Shown: piece by piece, positions 34,815 to 47,849 of the stretch
Layout of the letters: each line of letters starts with the position of its first letter
Numbering within the stretch: the stretch's first letter is position 1
Assembly: GCA_977018835.1 (NCBI GenBank)
Contig: OZ361257.1
Location: 5,332,001-5,396,000 of the forward strand
Length of the DNA stretch: 64,000 nucleotides
Source of the DNA: Minutocellus sp. GHC0000111
Taxonomy: Eukaryota
Direction of reading: 5' to 3'
Program-made: the position numbers and the translations under genes
Notes under the pieces: generated by a model
Databases searched by the model: none
Seen by the model: only the letters and a program-made list of their open reading frames with translations
What the model was told of the DNA's origin: nothing

Positions 34815-37451
34815 TTAGATGCACGCACCGAAGAAGTCTACTTCGTCGCGAAATTTGTTATTGTGCGAGTGCACCAATCTTGTCTTTACAAGTCGCGCGC
34901 CTTTGGACATGTCGCCACCGACTGCATTGAAGAATAGAAGACGATTGATTTCACCATTTCCGAATTTCAATAGATCTCTTGGAAGATGATAATATTCCTG
35001 AGAAAGTTGTCCGGGCGCTGCTGGTGGCCGACGCGTGATGTTCCAATATCGACCAAGAGATTCACCATTTAGCCATACTTCCCCCATACCAGTGACAATC
35101 CTTACCAATAGTTCCTCATCGACTTGTAAAGAATGTTCATGGGAAGAAGGTGCCAAGAAGGTTGCCAGAGACCAAGTGCAGGGATGGGGCATGAGGTCAT
35201 CACGTCGGATAAGATTGTCAGCGCCGTTGCCTTGCTCATTATTGAGGTCAGCCTGAGTAAGCCAAGCCTGCTTTCCACAACTCAGGCACCGGGTTATAGA
35301 TTTGTGGCTTTCTTGACAGTTACCCTTGATCCAGACATTTCCAGTGATTCCTTTCGTCTTGGCAGCTGAGTTCGATCCCCATCGTCCGATCAAGTTGTTG
35401 AAGCCGAGACTCTCGATGAGTATGTGAATCTTCCTTGATTTCCCTGCTCCCAAAGTTAGCAGATGTCCAGGGAAAGGAATGGAGAGAGTGCAATTCCCAT
35501 CCCTGTGGTCATGGTTGTAAACGTTCCCGAGATAGATTTCATCCAGAAAAGCTGAGATTGCAGTAGCCTTTTGGGTTTCTATTTCCAAATTCACTTCACC
35601 GATCAAAGTTTCATCCCAATCGAATGAAGTGGTGTACCAGATGTAGTCAGTCGAAGTATTGGAAATAATGAGAGCTCGGGTGAGCTCCCACGGTCGACCG
35701 TCTGAGATCGCACTTGGACCCAGTCTTGCTCCTATTTGTTCATTCCACGACGTCCAATTCTCGAGCTGAAATACTTCGCGGGTGATTCGGCGATAGGCCA
35801 TTGAGCTTTCCTCGATATGGGTAGAATTGTATAAAAGCTTCCCAGAAGCATATACAGCAGCTGACCACCCAAGCATTCGTATTATTACATGCCTTTCTGC
35901 GTCTCCTCCACTACTCTCTCGGTCAACGGGCAAGCGAACATCTACCTCGAAGGGCGAATTGTTCTCAACAAAGAGGATTGTGCGGTCAACTCGTGAGTAT
36001 TGAAATCCCACCTGCTTTGTCCCTGTTATCCAAACATTATCTTCAGATGTTGCATTTCTGTATTGTAGCCGTAGCTCTTTTCCGAGTGCCGTTGGTGAAG
36101 TCACAAGCACATCAGCAATGGACGCAATCGCTCGATGCAGCTGTCTGATATGGTCAAATTTCGGTTGTCGTGGCTCTGTGTGGGGGCAAATTATCCCGTC
36201 ACTTGCGTAGGCGTTCATGATGCTTGCGCCACTCATCCTACCTCTGTTGTACCCACCCCAGAACATGTACGAATTTAGATGAGTGCCTCCACGGGCAAAC
36301 CACCTCAAACAATCTGCCGCGACTTCCCGTGCCGTTCTTCCCCAAAAGTAGTCACTTGTGTTGGAAGGTGAATCTCCCCAAATTTGAAAACCCAATTCAT
36401 TCTCAGTCCAAAGAGCCGGTTGGTCTATCTGAATCCGTCCCGATTGACCATGCTCCTCTAGCCATGTCGTGCTGCAAGCACCTCCTTCTCCATAGCCATT
36501 GCACGTGTTTATTGTAGAGTTGCTGCTCAATCCATTGCACATGGTCCAGATGACGTTTGACTGTTTCTCCTTTGCAAGCTTTCCACAAAAGTCGGCATAA
36601 TCCTGGAGCGTGTGATTAGGTAAAATGTTCTCCGTCTCTGGATCAACCTCTCCTCAAAGTTCATTCTCAATTTGGGCGAGAATGATTGGACCACCCTGAT
36701 AACCAAACAGATTATTGTTGGTAAGGTATTGTAGAGATGCATCGACCCACACCTCCATCGCCTCCATCCACGGCTGATTGGGCCTGCGCAAGTTCATCTT
36801 GTCGCCATCTGCCTCTCCACCATGCACAAGTGGGACCCAGCTCGGTATGCCTCCATAATCATACTCGGCACAAACATACGGCCCGACCCGAATGTGCACG
36901 AAAAGTCCTCGACAGGCTGCTTCCCAGAGAGCCGATGCTACGTCCCAATCGCCGCCGGGCAACGTCCAATCGATCTCTTCGGTTGCCACCGGCTGGTGGT
37001 AGGACCACATCAGGTAAATCGTAATCATGTTCAGATTAGCCGTTACGGCATGGTCTAAGACCCTGTTCCAGGTTGATCTAGTAGCACGAACGGGGTGCAT
37101 CGATCCCGAGAGCAAGATGGTCGCCTCGTCGTTGATTCGAAAGCTTCGTGCGTCGTAGTTGACGCCAATGGTGCGAGGGTGGGAGGGATTTGAGATCGAT
37201 AGATAGGAGGCAAATCCAGGCAGCGACTGGACCTTGGGAAGCTGCTTTGGGCAACGATATCTTGAAATACGTGTGGCTCCAGAAATGCTAGGAACAGCAC
37301 GTGTGGCTCCATTGGCAGGGAGGATCATACATGCTGATGCAGCGACCACTGCAGTAGCGACGGCGATTGCGATCGCGATTTTGTGTCGGGTTACATGCTT
37401 GCTCGCCTCCCTCGGGGTAAGCAGTGGCTGTGTCTCGTCACCAGAAGGCAT
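34815..37451 (-). CDS. GH35 beta-galactosidase, type II membrane-anchored, with an in-frame TGA at 36656-36654
   Basis: LLSGSMHPVR, IRVGPYVCAEYDYGGIP.W, GGPIILAQIENE, W.MC, QPALWTENE, YMFWGGYN.GR; the two ORFs are in one frame, separated by a single TGA. Confidence 0.92.
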
Positions 37452-37664
37452 GATACACGGATCATACCAGCATGATCACATGATCTGCGCATGGACCGGG
37501 AACCAGAGGCATCACGTCAATCAGCCAAGCAAAAGCAAAAATGGCCGTGGGCAGGAGCAACAAAGCCACGATTTACCTGGTGAGCACCACCAGTTTTCGT
37601 TTGACTGGAGGTAAGAAAAAAAAGAATACAAACCAAAAGACAAAGCTCACAAACCAACAAAGCG

Positions 37665-40519
37665 ATGGGATTCCTCAAGGCGTTCAAGAAGAAGAAGGAC
37701 AAGAGCAAGGCCTCCGTCGATGGCGGCAAGGCGGCCAAGGAAGTGCCAAAACCTCAAAGTCCACCTGCGGCGAAAACGACCAATGCGGTACCGGAGGAAA
37801 ATGCACGACCGGCGACAGGAGGAGGAGGAGGTGATGCAAGTGATGCACCCACCATTGGCAGCAGTGCGCACAACAGCGCGGAGAATCTCCCGCAATTGGC
37901 AGCTGTCTCGCCCAATGCTGGTGGCATTGCCGTTAACGGTGTTGGCTCGGCCATGGAAATTGCAAACCGGGCCGCATCTGGCGAATCTGGAACACCAGCA
38001 GCACCAGCATTGCCTCCCAGGCCCGCCACTGCTGCCGCCGCCGCAAGTCCCACCCCCCTCATCACCACCAACGGCCCACCCAAGCCCACCCTCCGCCGTT
38101 CCAAGTCCATCGTCGAGTTCGACAAGTCCGAGCACAAGGTCCTGGTGCCCATCGAAACGCAGCTGGGCAAACCAATCGCATCTGTGTACGATGGTGTGCA
38201 CGACGGTCCCGAGCTCGGTACCGGCATCACCGGTGTCGTCCGCAAGGTAACGCACAAAAAGACCAAGCACGAGTACGCCGTCAAGAAGCTCGACCTGGGC
38301 AAGATCAAGACCGAGGCCGAATTGCAGCAGCTCAGGGAGGAGGTGAGATTATTTCATTTATTTCAATGTTCGATTGTTCTTGCTTCATGCATCTGCCAAT
38401 GCCCACAGGTTTTCTCACGTGATTATTCCTCTTTCACAAATCTATCTATAACACCATGCCGTTGCTAAGATTGCCATCATGTGCCAACTGGACCACCCCA
38501 ACGTCGTGCGGCTCGAGGAGGTGTACGAAAGTCCGACGGCAATTTATCTCGTTCAGGAATTGTGCCTGGGAGGCGACCTGTTCGACCGCCTCGATGCACA
38601 GGAGGATGTGCACTACACCGAGGCCAAGTGCGCACGGCTGATCAAGCAGATTGTCGATGCCGTCCGCTACATCCACGATCGGGGCATCATCCACCGCGAT
38701 TTGAAGTTGGAGAATTTCATGTTCTCGAGCATGAGTGCCGATAGCGAATTGCGAATGATTGACTTTGGCCTCAGCAAGCATTTTGCCCTCGGAGATGTGC
38801 AGGATGAGGCCGTGGGCTCGGCGTACACATGTGCACCAGAGGTCATCAGGGGCAAGTACAACGAAAGGGCCGATGAGTGGTCGATTGGCGTTATTACGTA
38901 CCTTCTGCTCAGTGGTGAAACTCCCTTCGGTGGTGCTCTCGAGGAGGATATCTCGCCGATGCAGACCCATGCGGCGATTTTGTCAGCCAACTATGTGTTT
39001 GAGCCGGACTATATTTGGGAGAATGTTAGCCAGGAGGCAATCGACTTTATCCAGTTGCTGCTGGTGACAGATCCCAACAAGCGGCCGACTGTGAAGGATC
39101 TGCAGAAATCGGAATGGCTTACCAAATGGGCCAATGCGGACAACGACGCCGAGGCCAAGGAGCTCAGTGCTGGCGTTGTGCAAGCTTTGGTCGGTTTCAA
39201 AGAGAAGGAAGACATGACGAAGCTGTTGTGCGAAGTTCTCAGTTTCACCCTGCTTCCTGGTCAACTTGAAGAATTGAGAAAGCAGTTTGAGTTGCTTGAT
39301 CCCGAAGGCCGCGGCGAGATCTCTCTCGGGGCGTTGAAGCGAGCCTTGATGAACAATGCTGGAGCGGGATCACTAGGTTCTCTCACGGAGGAGGAAGTTG
39401 AGGATATCTTCGAGGCGATGCGCGTTCGGAAGACGGAGATGCGAATCCACTGGCACGAGGTGAGTATTGTAACATCATCATGCAACATGTCTGTAGTCAA
39501 TTATACATGCAAAGACCTCACAGTATCTTTATCTCAAAATGGATTCATTTTCTTCCGCGTCACAGTTCATCGCGGCCGCACTCAGCCAGGTTGAAATCGA
39601 CGACCGAAATCTTGAGCTTGCCTTTCAGCGACTCGATACCGAAAATAGGGGCTACATCGAGGTGGAAAATATAATTGAATTGATGGGTGGTTATGTGGAT
39701 GAAGACGAGGGACGCATCCGCGAAATGTGGCAAGATGTCTTCAAAGACAAGAGTTTCGATAAGTGCCGCCGAGTATCAAAGAAGGAGTTTGTCCTACTGA
39801 TGAAGGGGCAGAGACAAGAACGGCGACCGTCTAGGAGCACCAATACAGATGAAATGCCGCCAATCCTCGATATGGTGGAACAGGACGCTAGCCGGGCGAT
39901 TACTTTGCCCGAGAGTGACATCACGAGCCCCGGTGCTCAGCCGGTCGCCAAGGCCCTCAAGGATGAGGAGGCAACGCCACTTGTCGTTAATAGAATGCTC
40001 TACCGGGCACACCGCCAATCAAGGCTGGCAGTGTTGGAAGCTACTCGGCGATTTGAAGAGGAACAGATGAAAAGAACTGCGAAGAAATTGACCCAAGCCT
40101 TGAATAGAGATACTGGGAAGAATGTGTCCAGCAACAATTTGTATCGAGCGGGTCTCATTATGCGACATAGTCAAAACGCAGCAGCATCTTCTGATTCAGT
40201 CCGTTCAATGGTCCAGCAAGCGCAGGATGAGATGCAAAAGAAGATTGATGTCGCAAAGAGACGGAGTGGAAGACGTCACGATCGCAAGAAGCGTGTGTCC
40301 AACCTCGCCGAGATGTGCTGCGAGACACTTCCTCCTCATTTTGCTGAGACCATTGGCTCGCTACCCCCAAACAGTACAGGAAGCACATCTTCTGTCGGTA
40401 GGTCACGGGGCCGTAGGAAGATGGCCAGCTCGCTCGAGGGAATGTTCTCATTTGATCCGAATGCACTCTCTGCACATGCAGAAGACGAGTGTCATACCTC
40501 GGATTCAAGTCAAGTTTAA
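37665..40519 (+). CDS. Calcium-dependent protein kinase (CDPK); introns 38343-38469 and 39460-39565
   Basis: LGTGITGVV, YAVK, HRDLKLEN, DFG, APE; EF-hand-like DPEGRGEIS and DTENRGYIE. Confidence 0.92.
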
Positions 40520-40591
40520 GCTATTGTAGATGCATTATATAGATAGAACTACTATCACTTGTTTTAGCATAGCAACTGAAAAATATTTGAT

Positions 40592-42748
40592 TCAGCACTG
40601 GCTCAGAGATGGGCCGTACTCTTCACTGCCGCCCTTGCTCGCAAACCACTTTTTGAAGCAGGCGGAGATCGCCTTCTTCTTGTCTTCGTAGTCGGCATCT
40701 ATTGTCGATGCTCGGCAGAAGATTCGCACGGTCTTGTCAAGATATGCCATGGTATTGCGAGTGGCATATTCCTCCTCCTTGATTTGAACCGCCATTGGCA
40801 GACTAAAGGCACCGTTCCGAAGCTGCCGCTCGTCCTGATGCGTGTCAAAAAACGGCACGTAATTGACCGGGTTCTCCTTCTTCTTTCCCTTGTGAATTTT
40901 TCTCACTTCGACAATGAAATCGTCCTCGTTCAACATGCCGATAAGCGCGTCGTTGGCACTTTCATCATCATCTTGGTCGTCATCATCTTCGTCGTCATCC
41001 ATGACAACAAAGGAATTGTCCTCCTGATCGCCGGCACTATGAACCAAGTCCATCATTTCGTCGTGAATTTCTTCATCTGTCATTCCCCATATCTCGCCGT
41101 TGGAATCCTCGTTCAGCCGACAGCTAACGATGCAGCTGTACAGATCGCGGTACTTGATTCGCTCCAACAGGTCCTTGGCCTCCTCCAAGTCTGGTGCATC
41201 GCTATCCTCGATGCGATCAAGGATACGATCAGTAAGCTTGAGGAATGCCTCTGGATTCTGTGCCGCCTGGGATATGCTCAAGGCCTGTCCGTTGGGCAGA
41301 TGAATGCGAAAGGTGGGCTCGGCCTTCATCAGCACATCGCACAACATGTATTCGATCGATTTGGCTGTTTTGTGCGTATAGATAGTCTGATGCAGCTCTT
41401 GTCTCCTGTCAAAGAATTTGATCACCGTGGTGGCATATTTCTTGGGGTACGCAAGGCTCAAGTGCGTGCCTGGTTCCAAACCAGACTCTACACTGGTGCT
41501 GTTGCTGCCATTGCCAAGTACGGTTCGTTCATGCTGCCGAAGCCGGCGCTGCTGACACCGGAAGCAATTGGCAACCTGGCATTGGATCTTGGTCACGCGT
41601 GCACTTTCAATCAGGAGCATGTCCATCTTGGCCTCGCAAATGCCTGCTCGGGCGGCATCTCGGACGTAGTAGTCGTCCTTGTCGACATCCTTTCCGCTGT
41701 GGCGGTTGTTGACGACGTCGTACAGAAATTCCTTCTCAATTGGACGGCCGATAAAGTCCTGTAGACCAGGGAGGGGCTCGCCGAGGATGCACTCCTTGAC
41801 AAACACGATATCACGGGAGGTGATGACATGATCTGTAGACGGGACATGCTCCTCCTGGAACCGATCGTCAATGTAGCCAAAGGTGTTGGCGTGGATGGCC
41901 ACCCCTCCCGCTGCTCTGCTGCTGCCACTTGGCTTGGACGATGGATCAATCTCCATCAACGGTTCATCCAGCCGTCTCATATCGACCGCCAAACCCCGCG
42001 AGGCCAGAGCCGCATCGATCAGCTTGAGCGACAGCTCTTCATGACGGGCATCGACGCCCATGGTACTCAAAACAAACTCAAAGGCATGCGACAGTGGACC
42101 GTGGCCCATGTCGTGTGTCAGACCGGCCATCTTGACGAGCAATACCTCCTTGGCCGTAATCTGGAGGGCGGGCTGCTTGGTCCGAAGGGATTCGACCGAC
42201 TTTTGAGCCAGATGTGCCACCCCGAACGAATGCTCGTACCGCGTGTGCGTGGCGTTCATGTAGACCTAGTGTGAAGGGATGGATGGAAGTCAAGTCGTTC
42301 AGATCATTCGTTCTGCCAGCAGAAAAAAATCTTTTCATCTTAGAAGAAAGTTTCAACTCAAACAATTTAACTTCACTTGACTTACCCAGTGAGTCGCCCC
42401 GAGCTGCCGGACCTGACGAAGTCGCTGAAAGTACGGCGTGTCAATGATGGCTGTCAGCGCCGGTTCCATGGAAATGTTGCCGTGGATCTCGTCCCGGCTG
42501 CTCCGCTCCCGGGCGCCCGAGACGTCGAGGAGATTTCTGCGGACGGTGGCGGAAGTGGAAGTAGCGGTGGCCGTGGAAGTAGCGGCACCATTGGCAGCAG
42601 CAGTGGCGGCGGCAGCCTTGGCGAGGGATGGAGTCCGCGGGGGGCTGGAGAGGAAGTCCAGCTTCCGCTTGGACGTGGGAGGTCCTTGATCCGTCATCTT
42701 GGCTGGTTCGCGTGGAATGAGAGGCGATCCAGCAGTGCTTAGTGCCAT
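40592..42748 (-). CDS. SAMHD1-like HD-domain dNTP triphosphohydrolase; intron 42266-42385
   Basis: DEIHGNI, IIDTPYFQRLR..QLG, ATHTRYEHSFGV.HLA, LTHDMGHGPLSHAFE, DVDK.DY. Confidence 0.92.
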
Positions 42749-43144
42749 GCAAACGACTTTCGAGAGTGAGTCGAGTAAGTCGAGTGAGTCGTCTCATCGA
42801 GTCGAACAAGTCTACTGAACACTCCTAACAATAAAATAGTACCCTCCTTTTGACTCAACATTGAAAGTAGAGGAGTGATAACGCGGAAAAATCGGCGAGG
42901 ACGAGATTCCTCCTCTTGGCGATGGGATACAGAGGATCTGCTTGCGTCTCGTTTGTTTGAGCGCTCGATCCACCAAACCATCTCGATCAGCCACGCCATC
43001 TTGCTTAGCGCTTTGTTCGAGCATTTATTTGAGCCTTCCCGCCTTCTCGTTCCAAGGGAAAAGGCACGTGCATATCTTGGTTGAACGTCGATCAAAGCAT
43101 TGCATTGGGGAAAAAGAAAAGTAGCACCAGACAATACACAAGCC

Positions 43145-44155
43145 ATGGGTAACTGCAAGAGCTCCACTGCCGCCACCTCCGGCGTCGTCGTGGCGGGTCA
43201 GAATGGAACTGGGTTGGCAACTTACGACACCCTCAAGCAGGCCAATGGAAAGGGTGCAGATGCCAGTACCGTCGTGACCGCCGACGCATCGACCGTCACC
43301 ACGGACCGGAAGCCTCTGCTGCAAATCCAGACCGATGGCAACGTCGAGGTGCCCATTGGTGGCCTGGCTCTGTCTCCCACCGCCGAGCTCAGCGAAGCGA
43401 CCAGCAAGGACAGCCAAGACACATCTTCCCAAAATAGCTCCAGCGAAAACCAAATAGTAGCAGAGGAGGGGGACAAGGTCGCCGCTGACAACAGTAGTAG
43501 TGACGACCACGACGACAATTCTGACGACGACGAGGACATCCCACCGCCGCCACCGGGCAAACCCACCAGCGCGAAGAACACCGACAGCGACGAGCTCGTG
43601 ACCAAGGGCGACGCCGCACCGGCCTACAGCCTCGTCCTTCCCTTTGTATCTGGGAAGATCCCCACCTCCGTCCTCCAGATGGCGTCGGACCTCGTCATGC
43701 CCGAGGGGGTCAACGCCCTCACCAGCGTCCTGTCGTCCAACTCGACTGACGGAGAGACGAAAAAGTCCGTATGGGCCCTCGATCCCACCGCCATTGTCGC
43801 CGGTGCCGCCGCCACTCTACTTGGAGACGACGATGCAAAGGCTGCTTCGACTGCAAATACTACCATGACCACGCTCGTAAAGGCAGAGGAGAAGAAGAAG
43901 TCGACAACCAGGCGATCACCAATCGACGATGCCGAGGTGGAATCCGCCCCCTCCGATGAAGTTACCGTAGATGGCGACCACGAAGATATCGAGGTGGATC
44001 CCGAGGCGGTCATTGTTTCCTACAAGCAAAAGGCCAGCCAATGGGCCATCGACGATGCCATGAAGGGATCGACGAAGCGAAGGGGGCCTCGGCCGGAGGA
44101 TTGCGACTTTTCGTCCGTCCGACGAAAGAGCAAACGGTCCGTTGCGAAGAGATGA
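43145..44155 (+). CDS. Low-complexity acidic protein with predicted N-myristoylation/palmitoylation (MGNCKSS)
   Basis: Long ORF with coding-like GC3; no recognisable domain. Confidence 0.65.
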   Translation: MGNCKSSTAATSGVVVAGQNGTGLATYDTLKQANGKGADASTVVTADASTVTTDRKPLLQIQTDGNVEVPIGGLALSPTAELSEATSKDSQDTSSQNSSSENQIVAEEGDKVAADNSSSDDHDDNSDDDEDIPPPPPGKPTSAKNTDSDELVTKGDAAPAYSLVLPFVSGKIPTSVLQMASDLVMPEGVNALTSVLSSNSTDGETKKSVWALDPTAIVAGAAATLLGDDDAKAASTANTTMTTLVKAEEKKKSTTRRSPIDDAEVESAPSDEVTVDGDHEDIEVDPEAVIVSYKQKASQWAIDDAMKGSTKRRGPRPEDCDFSSVRRKSKRSVAKR

Positions 44156-44388
44156 GTGGCTTGTGGCTAACCAAAGCCCAAACCCTAGACCAAGGAAAAC
44201 ACTTTTTTGATTCTTTACATTATTACCGGTAGGGATTTTCCTACTCAAACCTTGTAAAATTATTAGAGGACTTATTCATCCACAATATGATACGTAGTAC
44301 CAATCTCTGGATGTACATGTAGGGGCTACAATTGTATATTTCTCTGCTCTACCTAGGTACGAGTTCTTATAGAGGAACCCAATAAAGA

Positions 44389-45453
44389 TCAAAAAAGTTT
44401 TGGGAATATCTTGGGCACACTGGCTAGATAGTCCTCGTACTCTGCCGAGCCATACTTACTCTTGGCCAACTCGGATGTGGTCGTGAGCGATCCATCTGCT
44501 TGTCCATTGAATAAAAACAACATGAAAGCAGGAGACAGGCACGCCAACGCCAGCCGACGGTATCTCCACACAGTGTCAAAAAAGGACGCATTCTCTCCCA
44601 CCGCTACCGCGGCAGGGACATCGACGAGAGCCGGCGCATTCATGATCAAAATACCAGCCCAAATGAGGAGATTACCGAACCAATTCGGGTGCTGACTGAT
44701 CGACCACAAACCTACATTGCAGAACTTGCCAGGGTTGTTAGCCTTGAACATCCACTTATGATAGTCTGCCGTTGTTTCTACGATGAGGCCGATGCCATAA
44801 ACGACGGCCCCGGTAATGGTTACAGCTGAGATGCCAGGTGAGGAGCTTGTACTACCCAACGCATGAGGCAGAGAGCACAGAACACCCCACATTAGGGAGA
44901 ATACCCAGAAAGAAATAGTTCCACTCGCCGAAGCGAACAGATCAGACAATCTTTTGTCCTCCCCCAGTTTGATAATACGAAATAGGAGAAATCCAGCCAA
45001 TTTGACTGACCACAGCGTCACTGCTGCTGCAGATATCTTGATGCGAGACAAAGCAGCACCCTTTCCAAAGAGGGCTGGTAGAGCTGCCAAGCAAAAGGAA
45101 CCAGTGCCGAGAAGATCCACATGGATCTGTGTTTTGCCGACAAGAGAAAGAATACAACCGAACGCATTCGCGAATGCGAAAATGGCGGTGGATTGAATGA
45201 AGGGGGTATTGTCGAAAACAACAGACGGATCAGCCATCAGAATTGATGCGGTAGTTCCTCCTCTCGGGATGATTTGCGCCGCATGTAGTCCTCGTGAAAG
45301 GGCGGGTGATGACGTACGTGACAGCGAATTTGGTCTTTTGATCAGGGCGCGTTGATGGAGATGCTGACCACGGGATGATGGCCCATGGAAAGCCCGCGCA
45401 GCTACAACCGACGCTGCGCATGTGCAAAACAGAAGTTGAAATCGATGCCTCAT
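44389..45453 (-). CDS. DUF1295 / steroid 5-alpha-reductase-like membrane protein, putative plastid leader
   Basis: GEDKRL, ETTADYHKW.FK, GLWSISQHPNWFG, Y..Y...VP..FP; signal ending ARA-F. Confidence 0.88.
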   Translation of the reverse strand: MRHRFQLLFCTCAASVVAARAFHGPSSRGQHLHQRALIKRPNSLSRTSSPALSRGLHAAQIIPRGGTTASILMADPSVVFDNTPFIQSTAIFAFANAFGCILSLVGKTQIHVDLLGTGSFCLAALPALFGKGAALSRIKISAAAVTLWSVKLAGFLLFRIIKLGEDKRLSDLFASASGTISFWVFSLMWGVLCSLPHALGSTSSSPGISAVTITGAVVYGIGLIVETTADYHKWMFKANNPGKFCNVGLWSISQHPNWFGNLLIWAGILIMNAPALVDVPAAVAVGENASFFDTVWRYRRLALACLSPAFMLFLFNGQADGSLTTTSELAKSKYGSAEYEDYLASVPKIFPKLF

Positions 45454-45656
45454 CTTACTGCTGGTGAGATATGCATCCGGGAGCGGTTATGGTGCTGATG
45501 CCCTCAAGTCAGCACATCTCTTCCTACGCCTACGAACGAGTACGTACGGCGGTGTCATTGCTGTGGCTGGCTGACGTTGCACCAAGAACCCGCGGCCCAC
45601 CAAAAGATCTTACTTTGCAACTTGCCCTCATTCTCGCGAAACAATGAGAAAGCAAA

Positions 45657-46313
45657 ATGGCTCCACTTGCGACTATCTCTCTCCTCGCTTTCGCCCCATT
45701 TGGAGTGACCGCCTTCACTTTGCTAGCAGTTGCATCGACAAATAATTCGCCCAAGGTGCTCAGTGCCGTTTCCACCCCTTCGACCCAAGAATACGAAGAC
45801 AATGTTCACAACAAGATATCGAAAAGAATGATCCCATCAAAGAAGCCTAAGCATGGAAAGGACGTTGTCCAACGCGTCGAGTCAATTCAAGAGTACAAAG
45901 ATATCGTCGTGAATGAGTCCAATCAGATCACTGTCGTCCGATTCTTTGCTTCGTACTGTGCGAGTTGTCGGGCGTCTGCTCCGCTCTTTTACAAACTTGC
46001 TTATGACTACGCGACTCATTCGTCTGCCCTTGCGCGCAATGTCAATTTTGTCGAGGTCCCTCTCACTAAGCAGACCAAATTGCTCCACGAAGCCTTGGGT
46101 ATACCCAGCTTCCCTTTCAGCCATATATATCATCCCCAAGCAGGGCTATGTGAAGAAAGAGCCGTGTCAAAGAAGCACATTGCTGAGGTCGAAGGTATTC
46201 TTCGTTGCTATGTGTTTGGAGAATGCCAACTTCCAGATGATCCTGGTGATTGTATGAAAGTATATGGCGAATGTGATATCGAAGATGAAAGAAATGAAAG
46301 TAGTTGGGAGTAA
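45657..46313 (+). CDS. Thioredoxin-like protein (atypical YCASC), putative plastid leader
   Basis: VVRFFASYCASC, LGIPSFP; signal ending VTA-F. Confidence 0.85.
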   Translation: MAPLATISLLAFAPFGVTAFTLLAVASTNNSPKVLSAVSTPSTQEYEDNVHNKISKRMIPSKKPKHGKDVVQRVESIQEYKDIVVNESNQITVVRFFASYCASCRASAPLFYKLAYDYATHSSALARNVNFVEVPLTKQTKLLHEALGIPSFPFSHIYHPQAGLCEERAVSKKHIAEVEGILRCYVFGECQLPDDPGDCMKVYGECDIEDERNESSWE

Positions 46314-46519
46314 TGTCCTCAATTTATTTACATACCTTGCATACATGTACCACCACCAACACATACGTTGCTTTACATAATTCCAATACATTATTATAGA
46401 TTGAGCATACAACTTTTGACGCTCTTATGCGATACCCTCCTATTGAACACAATAATATATAAACCAACAAAGAACGCAGCCATTGGGTAGTGTACGCACA
46501 ATATGTTTTATAAAGCTGT

Positions 46520-47509
46520 TCATTCGCAGTTCCTTCGTGTATTCATCATCTCAAGAATTCGAGGTAGTTCTGACAAATCTAAATTCCCGCCAGATAGTAT
46601 TCCAACAACCTTTTTGCCAACGAAACGGTCTCGGTATTTCATCGCTGCTGCCAATGATGCTGCTCCCGAACCCTCAGCCAAATTGTGCGTTGCTTGAAGT
46701 ACGTGGCCAACTGCTTCTCTCATTTCATCATCACCGACCAGAAGGGCGTCGTCCATCAATGCATTCATTATCGTCATTGTCATTTCTGCTGGGACTCTTG
46801 TTGCAATACCCTCTGCAAAAGTGTTGACCGAGTCGGCAGTCGTCCATTCTTTAGTTCGCCATGTTTCTACCACCGAGGGGGCACCTTCAGCCTGAACACC
46901 AATCACTTGTGTTTCCGGTCGCAAGTGCTTGGCAACAACCGCTGTTCCACAAACACCACTGCCAAGACCGATGGGAACCAAAATGACATCTGGATCGGGC
47001 AAGTCCTGAAAGATCTCGTATGCATAAGTTGCGACACCAGCAATAAGAGCTGGCTCATTTGCCGAGTGGACGTATCGTGCCCCGCCCTCTTGCACTACCA
47101 CTTCTTCCACATATTTTTTGGCGCCATCGTAATCTTTTCCCTCTTCAATCAATGTAGCACCAAGACCGCGCATTGCCTCATTTTTGCCAGGATTATTTCC
47201 TTCGGGCACCACGATCGTACAGTTCACCCCAGCCAACGTCGAAGAATATGCGAGCGATTGCCCATGGTTGCCCGTTGATACCGCTACAAGCCCTCTTGAT
47301 CTTGCCTCAAAATTCAGTGTCGAGACAAGATTGACGCCGCCTCTCACTTTAAAGGCCCCGACTGGCTGATGATTCTCGTGCTTGAGGTAGAATTCAAACC
47401 CAAGCAACTTGTTCAGCATTGGCCACGATCGCAACAGCGTCGGCCGAAGAACCCCATGGACTCTTGGCAGAGCCTCGAGCACGTGTTGGTATTGAACGGG
47501 GAGGTTCAT
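46520..47509 (-). CDS. PLP-dependent threonine/serine dehydratase (catalytic domain only)
   Basis: LKHENHQPVGAFKVRG, STGNHG, VPIGLGSG, EGSGAA.LAA, LSGGN. Confidence 0.92.
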   Translation of the reverse strand: MNLPVQYQHVLEALPRVHGVLRPTLLRSWPMLNKLLGFEFYLKHENHQPVGAFKVRGGVNLVSTLNFEARSRGLVAVSTGNHGQSLAYSSTLAGVNCTIVVPEGNNPGKNEAMRGLGATLIEEGKDYDGAKKYVEEVVVQEGGARYVHSANEPALIAGVATYAYEIFQDLPDPDVILVPIGLGSGVCGTAVVAKHLRPETQVIGVQAEGAPSVVETWRTKEWTTADSVNTFAEGIATRVPAEMTMTIMNALMDDALLVGDDEMREAVGHVLQATHNLAEGSGAASLAAAMKYRDRFVGKKVVGILSGGNLDLSELPRILEMMNTRRNCE

Positions 47510-47849
47510 TTGGTGCAATTTTGAGCATCGGCAAGGCAAGTGGGACGAATTATTGCTGGCTTTGCAAGATACCGACGGTCCCCAGTTTTGGCACACATGA
47601 TGTGCTGGTTTTGTTCTCGGGTACTCTCTAAAGTACACAGAACCTGAGCATGTAATTTACGTACGATTACGTACGTCCGAATTGTAATTTTCGCCAAAAT
47701 TTTGGCGGTCGGTCAGTAAGAGTCAAGACCCAGCCCAACCAGAGCGGTGGCGTGCATAGTCAAAGAGAGTGCTCTCCTGCTACTTCAATGCTAGTACGTT
47801 GCAACGTAGGAGAGAGGAGAGCTTCTTCTAGCGAAGAGAGACTTCCAAT

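Noticed and set aside
23337..36656. Alternative genetic code (in-frame TAG, TAA and TGA)
   Set aside because: Each stop replaces a different residue and is one substitution from the expected codon, and all three codons end normal genes in this window.
36654..36656. Selenocysteine in the GH35 gene
   Set aside because: Not a Cys-homologous position, and no AUGA/GA SECIS core is visible in the 3' UTR.
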